Part shown: one piece after another, positions 27,090-38,515 of the stretch
Layout of the letters: the number at the start of each line of letters is the position of its first letter
Numbering within the stretch: position 1 is the first letter of the stretch
NCBI GenBank assembly: GCA_046563655.1
Contig: CM102284.1
Location: 6,758,001 to 6,822,000, forward strand
Direction: 5' to 3'
Source: Yuukianura sp. NJ FZ-2021
Taxonomy: Eukaryota
DNA: 64,000 bases
The notes under the pieces: model-generated
Database searches by the model: none
Told to the model about the DNA's origin: nothing
Seen by the model: only the letters and a program-made list of their open reading frames with translations
Translations under genes and position numbers: made by a program

Positions 27090-30000
27090 ATGGAGTTCAC
27101 GTCTGATAATTTGGTGAAGGCTGTACTTGAATTTTACAACCATGCAGAATCACTGAATGTGGAATGTCATGAATGGCTAAAAAGTTGCCAGTCGTCACGA
27201 CAAGCATGGACACTCGTCTGGCCACTGCTCGAGTCATCCCAGGTCATTCACGTTCAATACATGGCAGCCAATATACTGCATTACAAAGTATCAAGACAGC
27301 TGTCGGAACTTCCGGTGGAGGACTATTTGGCATTGAAGGATAATTTGGTGGCTGCAGTGGCTCGATGCATCAATGGTCCGTCAGTTGTTTTGACAAGGTT
27401 GCAGTTGACGGTAAGATTTCTACATGGGAATTCAAATTCGATCTAATAGGAGGCCAGCAGAAGTTCTGCTGCAGAACTTATACTTTTGTTTTTGTTTTGC
27501 AGCTTGGTGTCTTCATTGCAAACACGATTGGTCAGATTTGGCCTAACCCATTAGAAGATCTAGGAGCTGTGTTTCAACCCCACAATTTCCCTGGAGTTCC
27601 AGAAGAAGCAGTTACCAAACTCCTAATTCAAGTCTTCGGTTATGTTCCTGAACAAGCGCAATCGGTCTGGCAACATTCTTCCAGAAAAAGTGAAGCGCAT
27701 CGCGAGTTACAGAGTAAAGGAGAGTCAAGTAAGTTTCTGACATCATCGTGTTGTAATATCTGGTATTTAGAGTGACTAAGATTTGATTCAGCGTACGTTT
27801 ATTTTATATCAACAGTGTTCAACTGGCTATTTACTATCGTAAAATCACAACAGAACGTTGAATTGATAAAAGAAGCGCTGCGAGCCATGACCCTCTGGAT
27901 GAAAATGCTGAGTATCTGCGAGTGGCATGACATGTCGAATCTTCTGGACATTCTAGTCAGTCTTTGCAAAGACTCCATACGTTTGGGAGACTTTACATTA
28001 TGCGATCTTTGTCTTGAGATGCTCAGTGGGATTATCTGTGATCCAAACACGCATCACTTTCCTACGGTCATTCTTCTCATATTGGACAAAATCGTCCAAC
28101 TGGAGCCTACTCTGGAGGTCATTTTAGAACTTCATGATATGGTAGCTTTCTAAAACAATTATCATCATTGCCTACTAGTATTGAATAGTGATTCACAAAG
28201 TTTACTTTTATAAACAAACAGGAGATGGCCGGATCCTTCTACGGTATGTACGTCGCATTGGCTGAATGTCACTCCAGACTCGTTGTCGAAGTTTGTGACG
28301 AGGAGTGCAGTCATAACAAGGCCAACCCGAAGAATCGTGCGAATATGCTCAAGTTGGTTGATATTCTTCTTCGCTGTGCTGCCACTCCTGGAGCCTATCC
28401 AATTGACGAAACAGTTAGCAGCATTACGATCTCAGTCTGGTATTCGTTTGTGGTAAGTCATTAATAATTCTAAGTAACTTATTATAATTTTCAGTTTTCT
28501 CTAATGTTAAATTCTGTTTGTAGGAGGAAATACAACCAAAGCAATCGGAAGGACTCAAGTACGCAAGGTTGATGCAAGTATTTGAATGGGTTTATAAGTC
28601 TCTTGGAGAAATATTGGTAAAGAAGGCTCGGTTTCCTTTGAGTGACTCGGACTGGAACGCTGAAGAGAAAGAACAGTTTCGCATTTACCGACAAGACGTT
28701 TGTGATTGCCTTACTTACTGCTTCGAACTTCGCGGATGGACAATGCTCAATGAAATGATCGACGCCGCTGAGCAACAATTGAGTGTTATCAAGGTAGTGA
28801 TTTGCAGACTCTTAATTAAGATGAACATCGTCTGAACTGTTTTGTATTTTGTCGTTTAGAATCCAGAAATGCTGACCACTTTGTGGCCAGAACTCGAAAG
28901 CCTTCTCATGGGAATACGTGCCGTCACTGAAAACATATCAAATGACACAGATCCACTGCTGATAGAACCAATGACTCGGGCGTTCAACGTTGTCATCAAG
29001 ATTCTCAAACTGAATCAAGTCTTTCGTATGCCTAAAGTTTACCAAGCAGCTGCTGAATGCATAAGTACGAGCGAAGTACTCAAATTGCAAAATACAACAA
29101 ACTTGTCTTAATTTTGTTCTGTTTTTCTTCAGGTTCATGCAGCGGGATGCTGCATTTGTTTGAAAATGCTGTAAGGAACTTGATTGGTTTCATACTCGAA
29201 GGTCTCTTCATTCCAGAATCGTCATCTTCAGCAACTCTGACACTCAAATCTCTCAGTCGCGATTGTACGAAACTCTTGGCTGGATTTACCCCACAAATTC
29301 TTTCGTCTTGTAAAGTAAGTTTAACACCAATTTCAAAAATCTGACCGAAGTTTTGCTAATTGGTTTCCTTTGTAATGTAATTCAGCAAGCATTGGACAGT
29401 GGTGTGATGTCACAAAACGATTCGATAAGACTGGTATTCTGTATTGGAAAATTCTTGCCTTATTTACCACATGAACAAATCATCACCGCTGTCAACGAAA
29501 TCTTTTCTCCAAGTTTGCTGAACCTTCATGGAATAGCGGGCGAAGAGGTGAGAATTCAATAAGTCGCGTCAATTGTTAGAGTTTACATAACTCCATTTTT
29601 ACAGCCACGAGTGGAAACGAGACATCAATTGATCGTGATTTTGCGCATTATGAGCACTCTCTGCTCATCACTGGACGTGGATGACCGTGATTCGGAAGAG
29701 GAAGAGGACATGTCTGCTTCAGAATCAGCTGTTCCCGGAGACAACAACAATTATTCTAGTCAAAACAGAGTTGAATCACCGGGCCCTTCTGGTTCCAGTG
29801 CCAGGACGTCTGGATCCAGAATTGTGGAAGAAGTGAATCCAAATGTGAAACCGAGGAAACTCCGTGACCTCTCTAGTCAACCTTTGATTCCAGTAGTAGA
29901 ACAGATTCTGCCTGTTCTTGTTCCGCTTGCGGAGAAGTGGTCCAGAGATGAAGAAGTTATGGAAACACTGTTTTCGATTTTGAAGCATACACTCAGCACG

Positions 30001-31625
30001 ATCCACGCTTCGAGTCAAATTGTCATTGACTTTGCCGTGAAGCTGGTCATAATTTCGTACCGACTTCATCCGGTTCCTCCTGCAACAGCGCTTGCGAAGC
30101 AGGTCAGACACTGAAAACTTTCACACTTGCTGAATTCTGTATTTGATTGATTTTGTTGAAGACACTGGGTTTTTGTATTGCAGATTCTACTGATGCTCGG
30201 CGGAGAAAATTTTCATTCACAATGTCAATTTTTGAAAGAAATTCACATGCTCTGTGCCGATACTCTGAAGAATCCTAGAGAGAATTTGGATTTTACGGAG
30301 TCTTACTTCTCCTTTATTGGTCATCTCATACGTAAACAGCCAGAAATTGTGAATGGATCTTCAATTGATATCGAACCCATGCTAACCATGTGTAAGTTAA
30401 TACACTTTCACTTGATTTTTAAACCAATGCTGTAGTTTGCTTGTTCTTGCAGCTATCAACCTTTTGAACTACTCGGAAGCACCGCTGCTGAAGGCAGGAA
30501 TCTACTTTGTACAAGTGACGCTGGAAAAAGCTGGATCTCTTACTCCACCACTGGTGGATTTTTACCGAAGTCGTGGACAGTTGCTGCTGCACACGATTAT
30601 TTTAGGAATTGGTAATGCAATTGTCCGTCTCGAACGATTATAAGCGTTAAAAATTAATTGAATTCATATTGTTGTTTGAATGAATTACAGGCTGCTCTGT
30701 TCCACGATCAGCGGTTCACCATTTTTCGGAAATCTTTATTTTTCTAAACAAGACTTTTACGGGAGAGTGGAGAAAGTGGTTACAGGATGCATTGTCTCCG
30801 CCTGGATTTCCGTCGCCACATTGCTCGGCTGATGCGAAGAACAAATTTTTCATGAAACTTGCAAAGTAAGTTGCCGTACTAAAAAAAAAATTGGTGATCG
30901 TCAGAATTTTTCAGAGTTTTAAAGTTAACGTGAACTCTTCTCTTGGTCGAAGTAAACTTGGGTTCCGCGCCTGTCCCCACCCGTTCAAATTTTCGCGCTG
31001 CCTCATTGTCCCCACCCAGTGTCCCCACCGGATGGATACATTTGTCCCCACTTGGTGGGGACAAATGTGTACCCACCAGCCGTACACCAAGTCCCCCTAG
31101 CGGCTGAAGTGGAACTAGCGAATTTGAGCTGGCAACGTTGTAGCATTGCTCCATTGTACCCACCCAGGGCAGATGTAATCAACTTAGCTAAACTCAATAA
31201 GTCAAACCTACAGACGTAATCAATATTGCGTGCTTTACCAAACCTAACGCCGCGCCTTCGGCGCGGGAAAATATAACAGGATTTACCAAATCAAAAAGGA
31301 AAAAACGTTGCCAGCTTGAATTCAGATGTTATTATATTGCCGCTAGGTGGACGTACTGCTTTTGGTCGTGGTGGGGACAAATGTATCCATCCGGTGGGGA
31401 CACTGGGTGGGTACAATGGAGGCAGCGGGAAAATTTGAACGGGTGGGGACAGGCGCGGAACCCAAGTTTAGTTCAACCCTTCTCTTAGTAACAACATTTT
31501 AAATGTCGCTTTCTAGGGACCGAGCAACGAAAAGGACGATAGCAGATGCAATTACAGATTTTGCGTTGGCTTGTCGCAACATGTCTGGAAGTGAATATGC
31601 TTCAGCTACATCGAAGCGATTGTAG
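27090..31625 (+). CDS. IPO13: Importin-13 (karyopherin-beta family; cadmus-like)
   Basis: Multi-exon HEAT-repeat protein. N-terminal IBN_N-like domain (WLKSCQSSRQAW...QYMAANILHYKV), PGAYPIDETVS, EKEQFRIYRQD, and C-terminal DFALACRNMSGSEYA resembling the IPO13 end. Last exon 31517-31625. Confidence 0.88.
30945..31478. mobile_element. MITE with ~105-bp imperfect TIRs and an 8-bp TSD, in the last intron of importin-13
   Basis: Left ggtcgaagtaaacttgggttccgcgcctgtccccacccg... is the near reverse complement of right ...cgggtggggacaggcgcggaacccaagtttagttcaacc. Identical flanks cttctctt at 30937-30944 and 31479-31486. Confidence 0.92.
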
Positions 31626-32240
31626 AAGAAAGATGAAATCTCAGCGTCATTCCTTCGTCGACTGTCCAGTGGACTTCAAATAGCCTTGGTTCCTTTTAAT
31701 TTTTAATTTAGCATTTTCAAATTCTACTTATGAGTACATATTAGCAGTAGTTTTAACGTTGACCATAATTAGCCCGAGTGTTTTTGGAACTTTGTTTGAT
31801 GATTTTAAATATGGTAGATTTAGATCATTTAATTGAGTAACTTTTAATTCCATGATTTTTAATCCTTGTCCATTTCTGCTTTCAGTAAAGCCAGTCTTCA
31901 AAGATGGAATATCTCCTTTCTCCTATGTGTTTAGCGAAGATGTTTTGACATTTGCAATGCTGAGAATGATCTGAACCGATTTAAGTTCAAATCAGGGTTC
32001 TTCCGGGTGCTTATGATTTCAGTTTCAACAAAAACAAGCTTCCAGATGCTAAACAGTTTAGTCTTAATTTCATTTTACTACTCAAGGCTAATTTTTCAGG
32101 ATATAAAGTTACGGAAAATTTGGCTAGTTGGGAGAAGTTAGCAGTTTAGGCAAAAATTGCTACTTGCAATTTCTAACGAATTAATTAACCAACTTAATTA
32201 AAATTTCAGCAGAACAAATCGGTTGGTGGTTGTGAACAAG

Positions 32241-33342
32241 ATGGACATTTTGAAGATTTTGGTGTGCGTATTGATGGGGGCTTTAACAGGTAATGAAGAT
32301 ATGAAACGTTGAATTTTGAATCATTCCGAAGCATAAATTGCGAATAGTAATTGCGAAGCATTTTTTCAAAATATTTCTAAAATTTTTAGACTTTTGAAAT
32401 TGATTTTGTTTGTGCTGATATTTGCAGTGACTTCTGAAGCAGTAGCAGGAGATGCAGACAGAGAAGGGACAATGGACCAGAGAACTAGGCTCCATCGTGA
32501 ACTGTTGGACAATTATGACAGCAAAGTATATCCGGATAAACCAAATGTCACCTTTGGTGTCAGCCTCATCAACCTAGACATCGTATGTAAAACTTTTATG
32601 TACTTGATTTTCATTTTCAAAATATTTTGAACATTTTGAAAAGATTATAAAAATTGTCAATCTTTTGCAGAACGAATTGAGAAGTACGCTTGAGACGAAC
32701 GTTTGGATCAAAATGGTACGAAACTTCTTTGATTAGTTGACGAAGTGCAGAACAGTTGAAACGTTTTAACTGGAATGTTTAACTTTTAACTTTAGGTTTG
32801 GTACGACAGTCGCCTCATGTGGGACACTATGGAATTTCCAGTATCGCTTCTGCGCATGGACTACAATACAATATGGCATCCTGATATAACGCTTTACAAC
32901 TCCGCTGACGCCTCCATGTCCATTGGCGGCACTGCTTGTTGGAAGTCCAATGTCCTTGTGTATCCTTCTGGAAAAGTGCTGTGGGTTCCACCATGTCACT
33001 TTAGTTCATTCTGCATGCAGACCGCTTCGCAATACGATTTGCAAACCTGTTTTCTTAAATTCGGTTCGTGGACGATGGATTCGGAAATTATGGACCTTAA
33101 TTTGTACCAAAACGTGAGCAACTCGTAACAAATTCTTTCTGTTTCCAGTAATTCAATTGTGTTTTTAGGTAACGACAATTGACATGTCCGACTTTTGGGA
33201 TTTGTCCAATTGGAAAGTGGTGTCAACGGAGGCAGTCAAAAACGTCAAATTCTACGAGTGTTGTCCAGAACCCTATGCTGACCTGACGTTCAAGGTGAAC
33301 TTCAAGCGGAAACCACCAAAGGACCTTGTTTGCTCTGTTTAA
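32241..33342 (+). CDS. Soluble nicotinic-receptor ectodomain protein (AChBP-like) 1, ~246 aa
   Basis: Exons 32241-32289, 32428-32582, 32671-32715, 32796-33113, 33169-33342. Signal peptide; NVW (loop D), WHPDITLYN (loop A), Cys-loop, KFGSWT (loop B), YECCPEPY (loop C). Stop follows RKPPKDLVCSV with no TM region. Confidence 0.88.
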
Positions 33343-33836
33343 AATTGAAAACTGCAAGCATTTTAGATGATTTGAGGACAATAGTTAGTGAAAGTCATCT
33401 TGATTGAAGTTTTGCGTCAACAGGCTTGTTTATCACTTTTCAGCAGTAGCAATCGGATGATCCATGAAAAACAGATTTTGCTAAATTAAGCTTTTCCTTC
33501 ACTTTGTTATATACTTGCGTGACAAAAGACTCCGAATTGCATAATCTTTTGAGCATGTTTTTGTCTGTCATTACGCTGAGAATGACGACAATACGAACAT
33601 ATTGGTCATTACAATGGCCTGTTTTTCTCTAAGAAAGCAATTAACTTTTATTTTGGAATTGTAAGAACCTCACATCTGTCCTTGCTGGATTAAACTTGAC
33701 GTCTTTGGAGGTCATACTAATTCTAGAGCACAGATTTTTTAACGGTTCCTATAAATACGAAGGTTTGACATTTTATTTGCACAAGACTTGGAAAATTTAA
33801 AATCTTGAATCACAGAAACTAAAGTTGCGGTGTATA

Positions 33837-34932
33837 ATGAAATCGGCGTTGGTTTTCGTTTTGGTCGTGGCAATTGGTGAGTAGTACTTACTTTTTCTGC
33901 TCATTTTCAAAATTTCTGAAAATTATGACATGTTATGAATTTCAGCATACTTTGCTGCTGGCGATGACACGGTCATCAGTACGAGTAAAAGTCAAACGCA
34001 AGGAATTTCGAAACAAGGAGATGCAAAACTTCGAACGAGTCTTTTTCGCTCGTTGATGGAAAATTACGAAAGTGGAATCAATCCGGATGAAGCCAGTGTC
34101 AAGTTTGGTGTTAGCCTCCTAAGTGTTGCCATTGTAAGTCAAAATTTTCAAAATCACGGGTCCAATTCAAAATTATCTTGCAAAATTCTTCAGTCTGTCG
34201 AAATTTTTACAATTTCAATTTTTCAGAATGAAGATGAGTCAACAATGGAATCTAACGTGTGGCTCCGATTTGTAAGTTTAGTTTATTTCAAATCAAAAAT
34301 CGTTTCCTAAATTTTGAAAATCAAGTGTCGCCTCATAATTGTTTGTCAATTTCCTTTTCATTTTTAGTCTTGGCACGACGCTCGCTTGGCTTGGGATACG
34401 AACGTTTTTCCAATTGACGTAATACGCATCGAGGCTTCTAACCTTTGGCGTCCTGACATAAGGTTGTTCAATGCTGCTGACACTTTCTCTACCTCCACTT
34501 CCTGTTCTGAAACTAACACAGTCGTGAAATCAAACGGAGATGTCATTTGGATTCCACCGTGTCACCTCAGTTCCATCTGCAAAACGACGCTCAAGTTGCA
34601 CCCCTTTGAGCAGCAGACGTGTCCACTCAAATTCGGATCTTGGACCTACGACAGCGCCATCATGGACGTCGACTTTTTTGGCAACGTTAGTAACAACTTA
34701 ATGCAATATTTGAATCCTCAACATGAAAAATCGGTTTTAACATTTTGTGTATGTTGATTTGCAGGAAACTACGATTGACGTGACTGAATTCCAAGACCTT
34801 ACAGACTGGAAACTACTGTCTACTCAAGGCGTCAAGAATATCAAGGTTTATCCGTGCTGTCCAGAACCCTACGGTGACCTGACCTTCAACGTGACGCTTC
34901 AGCGTAAACCCGAGGGAGATCGCTGCAACTAA
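33837..34932 (+). CDS. Soluble nicotinic-receptor ectodomain protein (AChBP-like) 2, ~252 aa
   Basis: Exons 33837-33876, 33946-34133, 34227-34271, 34368-34685, 34765-34932, with the same intron positions as copy 1. SNVWLR, WRPDIRLFN, C-13x-C loop, KFGSWTYD, YPCCPEPY. Stop after RKPEGDRCN. TATAAATA at ~33749. Confidence 0.88.
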
Positions 34933-35782
34933 ATTGCAGCTATTTTAACTTTTTGCTTTGGCAATTCTGAAATATTCGAAACGGTGAACCAAAATTACTA
35001 GCAAAATAGTTTTTTCTTTTCAAAAATTTGAAAAGGATATCAGAAATTAAATATAATCATAAAACACACGAATAGAAAACAAAATTTTAGAATGTTCTCA
35101 TAAGCTTATTCATGAAATTCTAACTGCAAGTACTCTGCTGAGGTCATCTCATCATGTGCATCCCGTCAAGGTTAGATTTAAAAAAGATTCCTTGGGGGTC
35201 ACAAAACAAAGATGAGGGAAAGTGTATTAACGTTTTTTGAGCAATTTTTGAAAATTGGTTGAAAATGAGATTAACTCGGGGAAAATTAAGTCCCGAGAGA
35301 CAAAAGAGAGGGATGAAGAAAGCTTCTTCTTCCTACACAAGAAATTTGCTGGAGAAAATTTTTATGCACGATGCATTACTTGTTCTCTGAGCTGGTTTTT
35401 AAAATCAAGGAGACACTTTGCCTATGTTCCTTAAGCGATTTGAGGTTGTGGCTGGAGGGTAAGGAAGTTAAGGTTTGTGGAAACGGAGAAATTATGCAAG
35501 ATGATTCTTCTGGCTGGATTGGCTGGAGATGTTCTGGAAGGAGACGCTTTTCCAGTAATTCCTGAGGGGCTGATGATGATAAATGACTTACTTTGGTCTA
35601 CCGAATCTACTCATCCATCCGAAACAGGATAAATTTGGACTGAAGATTTTTCAGCGTCGATGACCTTGGTGACCTCTTGTTATGAAAATAAGGGCGTGGT
35701 AGTTTTGGATGACTTTTGTACTAAATCAAGTGAAGTTAAGTTAGTGGAACGTTTAACTTTCAAAATTAACTGCAAAACCTAA

Positions 35783-36120
35783 GAAAAACTAAAAAACAAA
35801 TATTTTGCTACAATTAGACGCCAGACAAAAAATAATTATTTTCCTCTGAGGTAAAGAAAATGGGAATGCCGTAATGTAGGAATGCGAGATAAGACAAGTG
35901 ACGTCACAAAGTAAACGTGACGTCACAAAAAAAATTGAAAAAAGGCGAGAACCTTTTTGTTTCGCATAATATCCGCATAGCATCCGACCAAAATCGAGGG
36001 TTCACTTTTACTAGGATAACAGTCTGCACGACATGGAAAAATCAACACAAATCACACTGTGATTTTTTACCAAACGACACTCACTGTTTACCAATACCGA
36101 AATAATTTTTTATTTACACG
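35783..36120 (+). repeat. Dispersed repeat family, copy 4
   Basis: gggaatgc...gtgacgtcac twice, ccgaccaaaatcgagggt, cagtctgcacgac, cactcactg. Confidence 0.85.
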
Positions 36121-36609
36121 GATTCACTAATCCATCCATATAAAGAGAAAATTTATGCATTAGGGTACCCATTTTAGTTAGGAGTTAAAAAAATCAAGTT
36201 CGTTCCAAAATTATTAATTATAAAACCAAAATAAAATGCTGTTCTTTTGATTTCACACGCTTCGAAACTGTAAAATCGTTTTTTCGTAAAATCCTTAGGA
36301 CTTGAAAACAACTGTCAAAGAAGTTACCTTCAACTGAGCAATTGGAACAACACCCTATTAAAATTCAGCCTTGTTCTAGAAAGCTTAAAAATAAATTTCA
36401 ACTCTAGAAGCTTATGTCGATTCGTAGTGAAAAATATGTAAAAATTAAAATTTACTAAAACCTTTGAACAAAATGCAGTAGATAATCGAGTTAATAAAAT
36501 ACTCATTATATTGCAATTGTCTGTGACAGTCGAAAGGCTTTTTCTAGAATTTTTTTGACATAACACAACCATAATATGTTTTTAAGAATAAATACTTATT
36601 CTAGCCTAC

Positions 36610-36824
36610 TATAGTTTGTCTATTTTTAGAAGGCGGTTTTCAAATTTGAAAAAATTTCAGTCGCCTTATGGACCATTAACATAGAAATTATCAATTTTGT
36701 AAAATTTTGTATACAAACCTAATGGAGAAAGTGTTTTTCAAAAACTGAGTTTTGCCATAAGCGTCGCAATGGAAGCGAAAAAATCAACGAAACAAACCCG
36801 CCTTCTAAAAATAGACAAACTATA
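36610..36824. mobile_element. Tc1/mariner-type MITE (~215 bp), probable TA TSD
   Basis: Perfect 27-bp inverted repeat tatagtttgtctatttttagaaggcgg (36610-36636) / ccgccttctaaaaatagacaaactata (36798-36824). No coding capacity. Confidence 0.8.
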
Positions 36825-36999
36825 ACACTTATTTTTTTTTGGTAACCTTTCTATTAGGTAGTTACTCATGATGTGTTTTCCCCGAAACAATAAACCAAAC
36901 GTCTAACTTATGTCGTATTTTTTTTTTAAATTTTGTTCCAAACTTCAAATTTTAAATAACCTCAAATACGAGTTGTTTTTTTAGCTTAAAAGGTTCAAA

Positions 37000-37233
37000 A
37001 AAATAACAGGGTACGATGCCCTCGATTTTGACATAAATTCTAGAAAAACAGCAGTCAACAACATATCAGGAAAATACTTATAAAAATCACAATACACGTT
37101 AAAACTCATTTCTGTTCCAAAAACCTAAAATAACAGGCTACGATGCCTTCGAATTTGACATGAATTCTAGAAAGAAAGTAGTAAAGAACATATCAGAAAA
37201 ATACGTCATTAAAATTCAATTCTGTTCCAAAAA
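37000..37233 (+). repeat. Degenerate two-unit tandem duplication (~128-bp period)
   Basis: aaaataacagggtacgatgccctcgattttgacataaattctagaa recurs as aaaataacaggctacgatgccttcgaatttgacatgaattctagaa. Both units also share ttctgttccaaaaa. Confidence 0.7.
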
Positions 37234-37384
37234 TGTCAAAAATCAACCAGGCATTCAGGCGAGGACAAAAAATTGCTACAAATACACCAAACCCAACCAA
37301 GAACATAACAGAAGCAAATTGGTTTGTGTCTTTAAACCAATATCAACTAAACTTATTTCTGCTGAAGTAAAGTTTATTTCAAAA

Positions 37385-38515
37385 ATGACTCTTTTTCAAA
37401 ATTTTGTCGTCTGTATTCTATTCTTCATGTTTGGTCAAAACATACGCGAAACTAATGCTTACGAGGTAATACAAACTATTAATTTCCTAATCACCATTAA
37501 AAACTAACTTACTTAAAAAAACTTTTTTTTTTATTCGAGCAGAAATGTTCTACCACAGATGACTGTGAGCACGTTCTTACAGAAAAGGATGTGGAGAACC
37601 CTGCGATAAATGGGTTTTGTATGCAAAAGATAGTTCCAGGGACGTGTATCATTGCTTACTCTTATGTAAAATGTCACTAACAGTATTTATAATCTTGTCA
37701 ATTTTTGAATGTTTTCTCTGAAATTGCACATGTATGACTAAACTTAGGTTCCAGGTTTTGGTTATGACGAAAAACCAAAGGACCCCGTGGCTGATGGATG
37801 CACTAAGTTAAACTCGACGTGGGTCAAGACATGTGAAAAAGCCGTTAAAGAACTTCGACAGGACTATCCAGCTTTTGCTGAAAAAATTGCCAATGCCTAC
37901 GCGTGTAAAGATACCACGAAGGGCGATGTGGTCTATCTGACCTGCTCCTCACAAGCAACTAACAACAAAGAACGCCCAACTAAGGTTTGATTAAAAATTG
38001 TACGTTAAAAAATGACCAGTTTAAAAAAATCGTTATTATTTTTAGTCAAAGTCGGGTTGTGCTAAACCACAAGACTGTGAAGCAGTTTTGAGCGAACCTG
38101 ATAAAATGAACCATGGAATTTTTAAAGGTTGTTTCAATTCTGAGGAAGGCTGTACGGCTCCCAAAAGTTGTGACCACTCTTGTGGTTTCGTCTACTCGAA
38201 GGTTGGTAGTACTTCTAACAATTTCCGATTTGAAATGAAATATTTAATAATTTCAACAAATTTTGGTGCGTTCAGGTCGGCAAAGCAAATGAAGCTGCTC
38301 GAAACCCAAATCCTGCCAACTGCAAGGCTCCACCAGCTTCTCAACAGGCAATGGTTGACAAAATTTGCGACAATTTTTTAGCATCAGAACTGAATCAGAA
38401 ACTTTCGCCTAATACAAAGAATACCTTGTTCAGTCCAAAGGGATTTATTTGTAACAAATACATTGCTTGTGTAGCACAAATGGAACCAAAAGCAGGAAAA
38501 AAACAAAAGGGATAA
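37385..38515 (+). CDS. Secreted cysteine-rich protein (~278 aa) with two tandem copies of an unrecognised Cys domain
   Basis: Five exons, all phase 0: 37385-37465 (signal peptide), 37543-37665, 37748-37984, 38046-38201, 38276-38515. AATAAA at 38534. Confidence 0.78.

Noticed and set aside
30879-31219. ORFs inside the last importin-13 intron
   Set aside because: They lie within the MITE and have no transposase motif.
31611-31625. Importin-13 ends in SKRL, superficially PTS1-like
   Set aside because: The last tripeptide KRL is off the [SAC][KRH][LM] consensus, and peroxisomal import is implausible for a karyopherin.
16594-34932. Proximity of EAAT and AChBP-like genes suggesting a neurotransmitter-clearance cluster
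   Set aside because: They are separated by unrelated serpin and importin genes, and the sequence gives no evidence of co-regulation.
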